This document shows, piece after piece, positions 1 to 8,712 of a stretch of 64,000 nt of DNA (position 1 is the first letter of the stretch; each line of letters opens with the position of its first letter). Below the pieces are notes generated by a model that did no database searches, had not been told where the DNA came from, and saw only the letters and a program-made list of their open reading frames with translations. The position numbers were made by a program, and so were the translations under genes. The stretch is from NCBI GenBank assembly GCA_046350615.1, contig JAXMAA010000002.1:213204-277203 (forward strand). The letters run 5' to 3'. This DNA comes from Candidatus Saccharimonadales bacterium (GTDB lineage Bacteria; Patescibacteriota; Saccharimonadia; Saccharimonadales; UBA7683).

Positions 1-1
1 T

Positions 2-724
2 CGACATTTGCTTGATTTTATTGACTTGCACTATCCAAATCAGCTGAAAGGTTTGCTCGAGCCACCGTTCCCGGAGATACTTTTGTTAATTGAGTTTGAT
101 GATCTGGGTGGCAGCGTTCAGCAGAAAAAGGTTAAGAAGTTGCTGAAGATACTCGGGCGAGTAACGCAAGATTATCAGGTAACAACCGACTATGATGAGC
201 GCGACGAGCTTTGGAAGATCCGCCATTCCGCTGCGGCGGTTATTGCGCACTCAGAAGGTACTAAAAAAGCACTGCCGATTATTGAAGATGGTATTGTGCC
301 GCAAGAAAACTTTACAAAGTTTATCCACGGTATTTATGCATTGTTTAAAAAATACAATCTTGACGTTGCTGTTTGGGGTCACGCTGGCAATGCAAACGTT
401 CATTTACAGCCGTTCTTAGATTTGAGCAGCGTGGGTGATAGGCAAAAAGTCTTTAAGATTATGGACGAATACTATGATATGGTGCTCCAGCTTGGCGGTT
501 CAACAGCGGCTGAACATAACGACGGCCGCCTGAGAGCGCCTTATTTGCCACAGCTTTATGGGCCTGAGATGTATAAAATATTTGAGGCCACTAAGAAGAT
601 CTTTGATCCACATGGCATCTTAAACCCTGGTGTTAAACTTGGCGTTACTAAAGAGGACCAACTCCGTGAGCTACGACACGAATATAATATGGACCAACTT
701 GGCCATCACCTGCCTCGATCATAA
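2..724 (+). CDS. FAD-linked oxidase C-terminal domain protein (GlcD / D-lactate dehydrogenase family), 5' end cut by window edge
   Basis: Frame is open from the window start to TAA at 722-724. WGHAGNANVHLQPF, AEHNDGRLRAPY and FDPHGILNPG are conserved C-terminal blocks of FAD-linked oxidases. Confidence 0.75.
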   Translation, partial: RHLLDFIDLHYPNQLKGLLEPPFPEILLLIEFDDLGGSVQQKKVKKLLKILGRVTQDYQVTTDYDERDELWKIRHSAAAVIAHSEGTKKALPIIEDGIVPQENFTKFIHGIYALFKKYNLDVAVWGHAGNANVHLQPFLDLSSVGDRQKVFKIMDEYYDMVLQLGGSTAAEHNDGRLRAPYLPQLYGPEMYKIFEATKKIFDPHGILNPGVKLGVTKEDQLRELRHEYNMDQLGHHLPRS

Positions 725-770
725 GACAGTTCTTATTGATGGCGCTGAAAAGTAAACTGAAATCAAAAAC

Positions 771-794
771 AAAAGACCAAAGAATGGTCTTTTG
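771..794. terminator. Bidirectional hairpin terminator between the oxidase gene and the tRNA pair
   Basis: AAAAGACCA-aagaa-TGGTCTTTT, with an A-tract on one side and a T-tract on the other. Confidence 0.5.
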
Positions 795-807
795 TAGTTT
801 ACAAATC

Positions 808-885
808 TGGGGCGAATGATGGGTTTCGAACCCACGACCTTCGGAACCACAACCCGACGCTCTAACCAACTGAGCTACATTCGCC
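808..885 (-). tRNA. tRNA-His (GTG)
   Basis: Hand-folded cloverleaf: G-1 plus acceptor GCGAATG/CATTCGC, anticodon loop TTGTGGT, discriminator C, encoded CCA. Confidence 0.9.
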
Positions 886-888
886 ACA

Positions 889-977
889 TGGTGCACGAGA
901 GAGGACTTGAACCTCCAAGCTCTAAAGCGAGCACTAGCCCCTCAAGCTAGCGTGTTTACCAATTTCACCACTCGTGC
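889..977 (-). tRNA. tRNA-Leu (GAG), class II
   Basis: Acceptor GCACGAG/CTCGTGC, anticodon loop TTGAGGG, long variable arm GCTC..GAGC, T-loop TTCAAGT, encoded CCA. It lies 3 nt upstream of tRNA-His. Confidence 0.9.
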
Positions 978-1632
978 AGGACTGAATAATTGTACCATCT
1001 TGATCTTGAATAATGAAGTCTTCTAACTTCTTTCGTTTGCGTGGTAAAAAGTAGAATCCAGCATGTGAATACATGGCTTCATGCAGCAGGTAACTATCTT
1101 TTTTGGCGTAAGCAAGAATGGATGCTTTTGCATTGTGCCGGATCGACCCGCCTTTTGTGCCAAGGACCCTACAGTTCATCTCCTTAAGGTAGGTGAGAAA
1201 CTCTTTGCTGGCGCTGCAGATACCAATATAATACATAAAGCTATTCTTCCACCTCTGGTCGTGATACGCATACACCGTGCCATCTCCATCAAAAACGCCT
1301 CTTAAAAAATCAGGGTAATAAGCATCAGGAATGCGTAGTGATCCGAGAGTGTGGCTTTTGGCGGGCGTAAGTCCAGCGGCAAGGAGAAAATCGTAATAGG
1401 CAACATCGCTTAATTGAACCCGGTAGCTTTCTTGACCCATGCCATTGAACTTAGGCTTAATTACGAGGTTTTTTTCTAGAGCCTGCGAGAAGTTGGAGAG
1501 CTGAATAGTATCCTTGGAGGTGAGGTCAATATGCCGGCCATCTTTTTGCAGACAGCCATCGCTAGCAATGAGGCCAACAGAGTAAGCGATTGGTCCAGAC
1601 CAAGAATAAGTACGCTTTTTTGCATATCTCAT
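934..1632 (-). CDS. LAGLIDADG-family homing endonuclease (two-motif, free-standing)
   Basis: 232-aa ORF with GLIASDGCL and LRGVFDGDGTV motifs. The last 44 nt and the stop codon lie inside tRNA-Leu(GAG). Confidence 0.8.
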   Translation of the reverse strand: MRYAKKRTYSWSGPIAYSVGLIASDGCLQKDGRHIDLTSKDTIQLSNFSQALEKNLVIKPKFNGMGQESYRVQLSDVAYYDFLLAAGLTPAKSHTLGSLRIPDAYYPDFLRGVFDGDGTVYAYHDQRWKNSFMYYIGICSASKEFLTYLKEMNCRVLGTKGGSIRHNAKASILAYAKKDSYLLHEAMYSHAGFYFLPRKRKKLEDFIIQDQDGTIIQSCTSGEIGKHASLRG

Positions 1633-1655
1633 AGTGTTTAGTATACCAAATATAC

Positions 1656-1684
1656 TTGAATTGTTTCATTTTTTGCTGTATATT
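1656..1684 (+). promoter_or_regulatory. Sigma70-like promoter for tRNA-Val
   Basis: TTGAAT-17 nt-TATATT, ending 15 nt before the mature tRNA 5' end. Confidence 0.5.
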
Positions 1685-1699
1685 GTACGATGTTCATAT

Positions 1700-1776
1700 G
1701 GGTGATTAGCTCAGTTGGCTAGAGCATCTCGTTTACACCGAGAGGGTCGGGGGTTCGAGTCCCTCATCACCCACCA
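1700..1776 (+). tRNA. tRNA-Val (TAC)
   Basis: Acceptor GGGTGAT/ATCACCC, anticodon loop TTTACAC, T-loop TTCGAGT, encoded CCA. Confidence 0.9.
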
Positions 1777-1958
1777 AGTTAAGGATCCTACGAAAGTAGG
1801 ATTTTTAACTTGATGATGGGGCGAGAACCCAACAGCGAAGCTGGGGTTCGATAGCAAGGAGCTCACGCAGAAGCTAGCTTCGAGTAAGTGACGTAGATAT
1901 ACAAAGTAGTCCCTCATCACCCACCAAGTTAAGGATCCTACGAAAGTAGGATTTTTAA
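1758..1958 (+). repeat. 51-bp perfect direct repeat (1758-1808 and 1908-1958) covering the tRNA-Val 3' end plus terminator, separated by 99 bp
   Basis: Identical strings AGTCCCTCATCACCCACCAAGTTAAGGATCCTACGAAAGTAGGATTTTTAA at an offset of exactly 150 bp. Confidence 0.9.
1785..1806 (+). terminator. Intrinsic terminator after tRNA-Val (second identical copy at 1935-1956)
   Basis: ATCCTAC-gaaa-GTAGGAT followed by TTTT. Confidence 0.7.
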
Positions 1959-2077
1959 TTTTCACAGAAGAGCATCACCGTTAGTGGGATTTTAGTTGAT
2001 GAAGCTAGCTCTTGGCTGATTTTTGTAATTTGGTATAGTATAAATTTATAAAGAGAAATAAGGAGAGTTGAGGAACC

Positions 2078-2737
2078 ATGAAGTATAAACATCAAGATCA
2101 GGGTGGCTTTGCAGTAGTCGGTATTATTATCGCTGTTCTTGCAGTGCTTGTAGTTGCAGGTGTGGCGGTGTTTTTCGTTCGTAATAATGCAACGCAGTCA
2201 ACATCGGAAAATGAATCCACAACCGCGTCGTCGTCAAGCCCCGATTTTGCACCAAAGTCAACAGATGGCGCTTCGTACGTGGCTACATTACATGGCACGG
2301 CAGGCGATTCAACAATTGAGGCAACAATTGACTACAACGGGAGGGGTGATAGCCACTATGTCGGCACGGTGAACGGTCAGCCAACCGAAATGTACAAAAT
2401 TGGCAGTGAGTACATCGTATGTAGTGGTGCACAGTGTATTAGCGCTCCAACTACCAGCCAGCCAGCTGGTAGTGGCCAAGCGCAATATAGTGCGGAAGAT
2501 GTTGCTACCTGGAAGAGCGCAGCTACCTATAAAGGTAAGCAAGACTGTCCGGCTGGTAGCTGCAGCGCATGGCAAGTAGCAAAAGATGGGTATACCGGCA
2601 CCATTTTGGTTGCACAGGATGGTCGTGTTAGTCGTACCGTCTGGACGAACGACAGAGGCACTTTCACAATAGATCTCGATTACAAAGAGGTAACAATTGC
2701 ACGCCCAGATAACGTCATGAGTGTACCAGGTAGATAA
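2078..2737 (+). CDS. Membrane-anchored secreted protein, function unknown
   Basis: AGGAG RBS. N-terminal hydrophobic helix (FAVVGIIIAVLAVLVVAGVAVFFV) followed by a Ser/Thr-rich linker. Confidence 0.6.
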   Translation: MKYKHQDQGGFAVVGIIIAVLAVLVVAGVAVFFVRNNATQSTSENESTTASSSSPDFAPKSTDGASYVATLHGTAGDSTIEATIDYNGRGDSHYVGTVNGQPTEMYKIGSEYIVCSGAQCISAPTTSQPAGSGQAQYSAEDVATWKSAATYKGKQDCPAGSCSAWQVAKDGYTGTILVAQDGRVSRTVWTNDRGTFTIDLDYKEVTIARPDNVMSVPGR

Positions 2738-2757
2738 CCAGGGCGCACTAGCCCATA

Positions 2758-2850
2758 TCTCAAAACCCTGTCTGTCATCTGCCGTGGCGGATCCATTGAT
2801 TTACTAGATTCCCGATCGGAGTCGGGAATGATGACCTTGGGGTTTTGAGA
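2758..2850 (+). repeat. Nested inverted-repeat structure (three stems) in an intergenic region
   Basis: TCTCAAAACCC (2758-2768) pairs with GGGTTTTGAGA (2840-2850). GTCATC (2774-2779) pairs with GATGAC (2830-2835). Inner hairpin ATTCCCGA/TCGGGAAT at 2808-2829. Confidence 0.6.
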
Positions 2851-2866
2851 GTCAAGTTGCAAAGTA

Positions 2867-2895
2867 TTGACAAGCATAAGCTTTATTGCTATAAT
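2867..2895 (+). promoter_or_regulatory. Consensus sigma70-type promoter
   Basis: TTGACA-17 nt-TATAAT exact consensus, upstream of the SPFH gene. Confidence 0.6.
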
Positions 2896-3005
2896 TGTAA
2901 TATTCCCTTGCTCGTTATGGGCAAAATTACTCGGCACATTACAAAAAATTAGGTTTGACCGTCTTCTGGTTCTGCTATACTGTAAACAGATATAAAGGAG
3001 GGTTT

Positions 3006-3773
3006 ATGGAGGCATTGGCAGGATTATTCGGGTTAGGGTTTATCTTAGTTATTTTTGTGGGTATCCCACTACTACTGAGTGGTATACGGATTATTAATCA
3101 GTACGAGCGCGGTATTGTGTTTACACTCGGAAAGTTTTCAAGCCTCAGGAACCCAGGGTTGAATATTATTATTCCCATTGTGCAAACAATGCGTAAAGTT
3201 GATGTACGTTCCACGCCGGTTGATGTGCCAAAACAAGAGGTCATTACCAAAGATAACGTAACTGTTGGCGTTGATGCTGTGGTATATTTTCGTGTCATAG
3301 ATCCAGCCAAGGCGGTGCTTGAAACCACAAATTATACCTATGCCACTGCTCAGTTTGCACAGGCGGCGCTCAGAGATGTAGTGGGTAACGTAGAGCTTGA
3401 TGAACTGCTCTCAAAGCGTGAGGAAATTAGTGTGCAGATCAAGACGATTGTTGATTCTCAAACAGATCAGTGGGGGATTGATGTAGAGAACGTCAAGATT
3501 CAGAACATCGAATTGCCGCAAGATATGAAACGCGCCATGGCAAAACAGGCCGAAGCCGAGCGCGAGCGTCGAGCAGTAATTATCAATGCTGAGGGAGAGA
3601 AGGCTGCGGCGCAGCAAGTTGCAGAGGCGGCGGGCATGTTGGCAAAAACTCCTGGTGGCGTTACAATTCGTACTCTACAAACCCTTGAAAAAATATCATC
3701 AGAACCCAGTCAGAAAACGGTTTTTGTTATCCCTTCAGATATTGCTGGGGCTATCAGTAAATTTGTTAAATAA
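3006..3773 (+). CDS. SPFH/band-7 (stomatin-prohibitin) family membrane protein
   Basis: AAAGGAGGG RBS before ATG at 3006. N-terminal TM helix, then YERGIVFTLGKF...VITKDNVTVGVDAVVYFRV, typical of the SPFH domain. Confidence 0.85.
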   Translation: MEALAGLFGLGFILVIFVGIPLLLSGIRIINQYERGIVFTLGKFSSLRNPGLNIIIPIVQTMRKVDVRSTPVDVPKQEVITKDNVTVGVDAVVYFRVIDPAKAVLETTNYTYATAQFAQAALRDVVGNVELDELLSKREEISVQIKTIVDSQTDQWGIDVENVKIQNIELPQDMKRAMAKQAEAERERRAVIINAEGEKAAAQQVAEAAGMLAKTPGGVTIRTLQTLEKISSEPSQKTVFVIPSDIAGAISKFVK

Positions 3774-3816
3774 GGTTGAAAAAAAACCGGCTATCAGATA
3801 TGATATACGGGTTCGC

Positions 3817-3892
3817 GGCTCTTTAGCTCAGTTGGTAGAGCAGAGGCCTGAAGAGCCTTGTGTCCCCAGTTCGAGTCTGGGAGGAGCCACCA
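3817..3892 (+). tRNA. tRNA-Phe (GAA)
   Basis: Acceptor GGCTCTT/AGGAGCC, anticodon loop CTGAAGA, T-loop TTCGAGT, encoded CCA. Confidence 0.92.
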
Positions 3893-3943
3893 CGAACACC
3901 TTGAACACATAGAATTACTGCGATATAATTCACAGGTTCATGC

Positions 3944-4019
3944 GCGGGTATAGCTCAGTTGTTAGAGCGCTTCCTTGCCAAGGAAGAGGCCAGGAGTTAG
4001 AGTCTCCTTACCCGCACCA
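3944..4019 (+). tRNA. tRNA-Gly (GCC)
   Basis: Acceptor GCGGGTA/TACCCGC, anticodon loop TTGCCAA, T-loop TTAGAGT, encoded CCA. Confidence 0.9.
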
Positions 4020-5501
4020 AATATCGGAATTAGAGCCTGAAAGGGCTTTTTTCTTTGTCTCAACAATGGTCTTAAAGGGGTCGTTGAGTATATAAGACAA
4101 CCTTTTGTCCTTCAATTCAATGTTTGAAAGTACATATTCCAACAACTTCTGACGAAGCCCGTCGTCGCTCTCTTTGAATAGCTGTTCTGCTCGCTGTGCC
4201 AAGTCTAACAGATAGGAAGTAGTGACCTGGAAGTTCTTATTATCGCTTGTTAGCAACTTTAGACGGTCATTCAATTCTTGCTGCCGCTTTTCTAAGTCAT
4301 TTGCAATTTCATCATGGAAAGTCTGTGTAATACGTCCTTCAAGTAGGTCATAGTAGATTTTACGCATCTTTTCTTTCATCTTGTCGTATTCAATGCGAGT
4401 TTGCTCTATATTCTGAGTGAAGTAGGTTTGCTGGTCATCATGGCGATTGCGTAGCTCGTTAATGACCTTGCTGAGCCACTCTTCTGGAATATCTATGAAG
4501 CTAATATCAGAATTGATACCATCAACCACAAGACTTTCGGCAGTGTTTGGATTGCTGCATTTATTGTTTGCACAACGTAGGTAGACGGTATGGCGAGCCT
4601 TGAAAGGTGAGACGGCACGACCACATTGACCGCACTTCACAATTTTCTTAAAGGTATAGTCTCTACTGTCATACTTGGTCTTCTCATGCTTACGCTCATC
4701 ACGCACCTGCTGCACCTGATTAAACAATGAGCGGCTAATAAGTGGCTCATATTTATGAGGATAGCGTCTGCCAGCATGAACCATGAAGCCACAATAAAAT
4801 TCGTTGCTTAGTATTCTTTCAAGAAACGCCTTGTTTGGAGCTTTGCTATTGGCAACGTTACTTCGGAAGCCCATCTTACCTAGTTCCTTAGCAATGACGG
4901 CATAGGAAACACCTCTTGCTCTCATCTCAAATGCTTTCACGATGTAGTGGGCTTTTGCGGTATCAACCTCTATTGTTTTATCGGGCTTTTTGTCTGTGCC
5001 GTTGTTAACGTTATTGTAGCCGATAGGTGCACGATGTACCCAAATGCCATCGTTCAGCATCTGCTCAAAACGACGCTTTACATTATCTCTACTGGTATCT
5101 GAGTAGTATTTGGCAAGTAGCATACCAATACCTAATCTAAACAAATCAGTAGCTGGCGAGTTTTTAGTGATGAACAGGTTGTCGGAAGGGAAGTGCATTT
5201 CAATTTTGCCTTCTTCAACGAGCTTACCCATTATCCGTACTTCTCGCTGAGAAGCATCTCTCGTAAATCGGTCAATTTTATCAAAGACCACGATAGCAGG
5301 ATGTTTGAGTGCTGCTATCTTCTCAACTAACTCAGAGAACTTGCGACGAGCGTCTTTATACGCACTCTCATCAAACTCATAGTATTTGGAAGGCAACCCT
5401 TTTTCTTTTGCGTATTGTTCTAGCCTCAGCTTCTGTGCTGGCAAGGCTTTACGCTGTTCAACGTCTGATACTCTTGCGATTAAGATTACTTTTTGTTCCA
5501 T
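4008..5501 (-). CDS. Large serine recombinase (integrase)
   Basis: N-terminal resolvase domain with the catalytic Ser context ILIARVSDVEQ, a recombinase domain, a Zn-ribbon (CGQCGRAVSP...LRCANNKC) and a coiled-coil tail. 497 aa. Confidence 0.9.
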   Translation of the reverse strand: MEQKVILIARVSDVEQRKALPAQKLRLEQYAKEKGLPSKYYEFDESAYKDARRKFSELVEKIAALKHPAIVVFDKIDRFTRDASQREVRIMGKLVEEGKIEMHFPSDNLFITKNSPATDLFRLGIGMLLAKYYSDTSRDNVKRRFEQMLNDGIWVHRAPIGYNNVNNGTDKKPDKTIEVDTAKAHYIVKAFEMRARGVSYAVIAKELGKMGFRSNVANSKAPNKAFLERILSNEFYCGFMVHAGRRYPHKYEPLISRSLFNQVQQVRDERKHEKTKYDSRDYTFKKIVKCGQCGRAVSPFKARHTVYLRCANNKCSNPNTAESLVVDGINSDISFIDIPEEWLSKVINELRNRHDDQQTYFTQNIEQTRIEYDKMKEKMRKIYYDLLEGRITQTFHDEIANDLEKRQQELNDRLKLLTSDNKNFQVTTSYLLDLAQRAEQLFKESDDGLRQKLLEYVLSNIELKDKRLSYILNDPFKTIVETKKKALSGSNSDIWCG

Positions 5502-5527
5502 AGTATTTACTCCTTATTAACTTAACA

Positions 5528-6694
5528 TTACTTAACAGTATTTTCAATGTTTAATAGAAACTCTGACATGCGTGTTGGTGCAAATCGCTGCAAGGCTTCA
5601 TCTATGTGAATAAAGGCAGTGAAGCGATGTGCATCAGGTGCTTTAAGCAGTGGTTTGATGCGATACCATGCTTGTTTGCCATAGCGAGCTTCAAGTGTAT
5701 TCCTTAGACCAACCGCACCTGTCTGGCTGGTAATTAGCAGCCCAGCAACTGCTGCTAATGCAGCTTGTGGGGTCACATCATCGTTTGCTTCTAGGTAGTT
5801 TTGAAAAAGCTCGTACGGCTCTTTTACATCCAGTGCTAACATATCAACGTTTGCAGTTAGCTTATTCCAGTGTTTCAGCAGAACATCTTGGCACAACTTC
5901 TTTTTGAAAAGTGTTTCAAATGTCCATTGCTTTAACTCTGAATAAGCTCGTTTGATTGAGGCTCTACCGACAAAACGAACTTCATACCTGAATACGTCCA
6001 TTGGTCGGTATTCAGATAAACCTTCAAGCAGGTTGAGCTGTATGGAGCTATCTTTTTCTAATGCTCGTTTACTGCTCTTCTTTGCTTTTAAAAGGTCAGC
6101 CATTTTGTCGTAAAAGGCTATATCAAGCGAGTTGGCGTGAATATGCACAACATGACCGTCACGAAAATCAGTCTTCTGAAAGTCATATACTTTACTCACG
6201 TCTAGCTTACCCATCACATTAAGAACCGTCTGACATGACGTATAGTCAAGAAACACAATGTTCTTAGAGGGATGCCACGCCGAAACATTGGCATGAGCAA
6301 GCTGTGGCTTGAAAAACCTACGCCCCAATAACTCTTGCAAGGCATCTTGGAGTGCCGTCAAGAGAGGCTCAAAGTCGCTTTCAACTAACTCATCAAAGTT
6401 ATTACCGAACAACATCTTTGGTGCTGAAAACTCAACTGCTAGCTCAAACTCAACCTTGCCATAACCCTTTACACGCTTGTACATAGTTAGGCGAGGCATG
6501 TACCTGCCTATCTTTGCGTATGTAGGCGAAGGATTAAGGAAGGTTTTACCGTAGCCCCTGCTATTAACGAGCTGTTCAAGCGTCATTGGCGAGAACCTGC
6601 TACCGTCAAACAGCAAGGGGTCATGTACTGGGATGAGCAGTTTTACTGTGTCTACCATAGTTTTCATCACTTCTTTCAAGGCTACTGTCGGCAA
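5528..6694 (-). CDS. Hypothetical protein, possibly a phage/plasmid replication initiator (gpII/CRI-like)
   Basis: 388-aa ORF in the mobile-element context. The resemblance of the N-terminus (DTVKLLIP...) to Rep families is by eye only. Confidence 0.35.
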   Translation of the reverse strand: MPTVALKEVMKTMVDTVKLLIPVHDPLLFDGSRFSPMTLEQLVNSRGYGKTFLNPSPTYAKIGRYMPRLTMYKRVKGYGKVEFELAVEFSAPKMLFGNNFDELVESDFEPLLTALQDALQELLGRRFFKPQLAHANVSAWHPSKNIVFLDYTSCQTVLNVMGKLDVSKVYDFQKTDFRDGHVVHIHANSLDIAFYDKMADLLKAKKSSKRALEKDSSIQLNLLEGLSEYRPMDVFRYEVRFVGRASIKRAYSELKQWTFETLFKKKLCQDVLLKHWNKLTANVDMLALDVKEPYELFQNYLEANDDVTPQAALAAVAGLLITSQTGAVGLRNTLEARYGKQAWYRIKPLLKAPDAHRFTAFIHIDEALQRFAPTRMSEFLLNIENTVK

Positions 6695-6947
6695 ACAGCT
6701 CCCTCATCTTTTCAACGATTGCTTTTTCAATGGCTTGCCCAGCCTCTTTTGTTATCGGATGACAAATGTGCATCTGACGATTACCAACTTTTTTGGTTGG
6801 ATAGACTATACGGTAACCTGTACCATCCAACAGACTATGTAAGCCGATTGAGCCTAGATACAAGCTGCCGTCTATTACACAGCTAGCAAATGCCACTAAA
6901 CTGCCGTTTGTTTTAACAGGCGTTATGTTTACTTCACTTACGACCAT
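6621..6947 (-). CDS. spoVG: SpoVG-family DNA/RNA-binding protein
   Basis: MVVSEVNITPVKTNGSLVAFASCVIDGSLYLGSIGLH...YRIVYPTKK...HICHPITKEAGQAIEKAI follows the SpoVG pattern. The start was chosen at the internal Met. Confidence 0.65.
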   Translation of the reverse strand: MVVSEVNITPVKTNGSLVAFASCVIDGSLYLGSIGLHSLLDGTGYRIVYPTKKVGNRQMHICHPITKEAGQAIEKAIVEKMRELFADSSLERSDENYGRHSKTAHPST

Positions 6948-7012
6948 CTTTTTTACGCTCCTCTGCCGCACGATAACGATTGTTAGCCCATAGCCACAGC
7001 GACATGAGCCAA

Positions 7013-7225
7013 TCAATCAGCTTCCGTAGGGATACTTGGATTATCTGGTAAACCTTTACCATCTTCTTCGCTCCTTTCATTACGTTGTTTTTGCTTCTGT
7101 GCAAAGTCCATCTGAATAAGCACATCAAAGAAACCGACCAAGTTACGAACTGCTGGTTCGCTTAGTTCTTGTAGCGGCTCGTTCGTAGCCTTCTTTTGTT
7201 GGTGATTATTCTGGTTGCCTTCCAC
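7013..7225 (-). CDS. Small hypothetical protein
   Basis: 70-aa ORF co-oriented with its neighbours. No recognisable motif. Confidence 0.3.
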   Translation of the reverse strand: MEGNQNNHQQKKATNEPLQELSEPAVRNLVGFFDVLIQMDFAQKQKQRNERSEEDGKGLPDNPSIPTEAD

Positions 7226-7284
7226 AATATCAATTAAAGAAAATGGCTCATTTAAGCCATTTAAATCTGTGGATAAGTCAGGTT

Positions 7285-8481
7285 TTACAGATTGAGATAT
7301 TCTGGATTTACATAAACCTCAATACCATCTAGAACAAAGAAATTGGGCATCGTGTTGTTGGTATAACGAACGATTTTGTTGTTAAGTTGGTGGATATAAC
7401 TTCTGATTTTTACAATCCAATCTTGCTCATCATCTGCAATTCTTTCGCCAAATGCCTCAAAAATAACTTCTTCAATATCCCAATGCTTTGTGACGCTCTC
7501 AGGTGAACTGAGCAATACACGAGCAAACTGGGTTTGTTTGGAGCTGACACTTACAGAAACCCTGAACTTACCAATCTGAATTGATGAGCTTGTACGCTGA
7601 AAGTGAACTGCTGACGGTGATAGAAGTAACTGACCTTGCTGGTTGTTCTTTGTGAGTATTTGCTTCAATTCTCGTACTTCCTGCTTCAAGTCATTGAAAG
7701 CCAAGAACATACTGGCATTATCTATGAAGCCCACGTTGCCTATGCTACTGACCTGTTGAGTGGTAGCGGTAGCGGTTACACTGTTTTCGTCAGCCGCAAC
7801 GTCTTCAACGGCAAAATCTACCGTTTCGTAATTACCAAACTCAATACTTGCCCGAAGCGAACCAACATCAATTTGCAAACCATGCTTTACACGTTCATGT
7901 GTTGAGTGAAAATCCGCAAACATCGTGCGAGCTATAAAAGGTGCTTGAAAAATATCCTGGATGCTTTTAATTGCGGCTATGATGTTTTGAGTTGGATAGT
8001 TGATTGCTATGGACTTTTGCATAGCAGCAAGAGCCGTAAATTGGTTCTGAGTAAAGATACTGCTCTTGTAAATGGCTTCTATCGCAGGCTTCATGGCTTC
8101 CTGTAAACCAAACGCCCTATCCAATGCAGGCTGCACAGCAAGGGTGGTCTTCTGCAAATCAGATATGACTTTAAGCATGGGCGAAACGTCTATTTTTTGA
8201 AGCGATTGGAAAGCAGGAGATATTTTATATACGCTCTGTATCGCACTGGTGATAGCGGTCATATCATAGTGGCTTCTAACGCTTTCGGCTGCCCTAACAA
8301 GCTGTTTATGAGCTTCGGTTAACTGCTCCTGCTCACGCTTCGTAAGTGTTAAACGGTCTTTTGCACTCAGTTTCTTATATTCGCCGAACGTTAAAGAAGA
8401 ACCTTTGTTTTTAGATTTAATCTCATCAAGGTTTATAACTATTGGCTTATCTGACTGAGTTTTGTCGTCACTTTTCATCAC
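7285..8481 (-). CDS. Hypothetical protein (398 aa)
   Basis: Long uninterrupted ORF in the element. No family recognised. Confidence 0.55.
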   Translation of the reverse strand: MMKSDDKTQSDKPIVINLDEIKSKNKGSSLTFGEYKKLSAKDRLTLTKREQEQLTEAHKQLVRAAESVRSHYDMTAITSAIQSVYKISPAFQSLQKIDVSPMLKVISDLQKTTLAVQPALDRAFGLQEAMKPAIEAIYKSSIFTQNQFTALAAMQKSIAINYPTQNIIAAIKSIQDIFQAPFIARTMFADFHSTHERVKHGLQIDVGSLRASIEFGNYETVDFAVEDVAADENSVTATATTQQVSSIGNVGFIDNASMFLAFNDLKQEVRELKQILTKNNQQGQLLLSPSAVHFQRTSSSIQIGKFRVSVSVSSKQTQFARVLLSSPESVTKHWDIEEVIFEAFGERIADDEQDWIVKIRSYIHQLNNKIVRYTNNTMPNFFVLDGIEVYVNPEYLNL

Positions 8482-8520
8482 TTCACTCTCACGTTTTGTT
8501 AAGTCGTGTATAGTTATAGT

Positions 8521-8712
8521 ATGACACAGGAACAGAGAAAGCAGCCAAAACTACTAACGCTCCGACAGGCGTGTGAGCTGCTGAATTGCCATCCGAACAC
8601 ACTTAGGGCATGGGACAAAAGTGGCTACCTGGTAGCGGTACGGATTGGAACACGCCGTGACAGGCGATACCGCAGAGAAGATGTGATGAAGATTTTAAAG
8701 AAAAATGGCTAG
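8521..8712 (+). CDS. MerR/excisionase-type helix-turn-helix protein (candidate recombination directionality factor)
   Basis: LLTLRQACELLNCHPNTLRAWDKSGYL...RRYRREDV matches the HTH_17/Xis pattern. It is divergent from the recombinase arm. Confidence 0.7.
   Translation: MTQEQRKQPKLLTLRQACELLNCHPNTLRAWDKSGYLVAVRIGTRRDRRYRREDVMKILKKNG

Noticed and set aside
889-1700. tRNA-Leu interrupted by a group I intron carrying the LAGLIDADG gene.
   Set aside because: The 89-nt tRNA-Leu(GAG) folds contiguously, with all stems and CCA. The ORF lies entirely 5' of the anticodon arm rather than inside the tRNA.
1758-1958. A CRISPR array (checked here and across the window).
   Set aside because: There are only two copies of a 51-bp repeat that is part of a tRNA. 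No regular repeat-spacer periodicity and no cas genes occur anywhere in the window.
648-1965. ORFs 648-896 (-) and 1711-1965 (-), and likewise 3586-3912 (+), 14774-15040 (-), 30343-30546 (-), plus the 30400 start of the hydrolase gene.
   Set aside because: They read through tRNA genes or the duplicated tRNA-Val 3' end, and their translations are simply tRNA sequence in protein frames.
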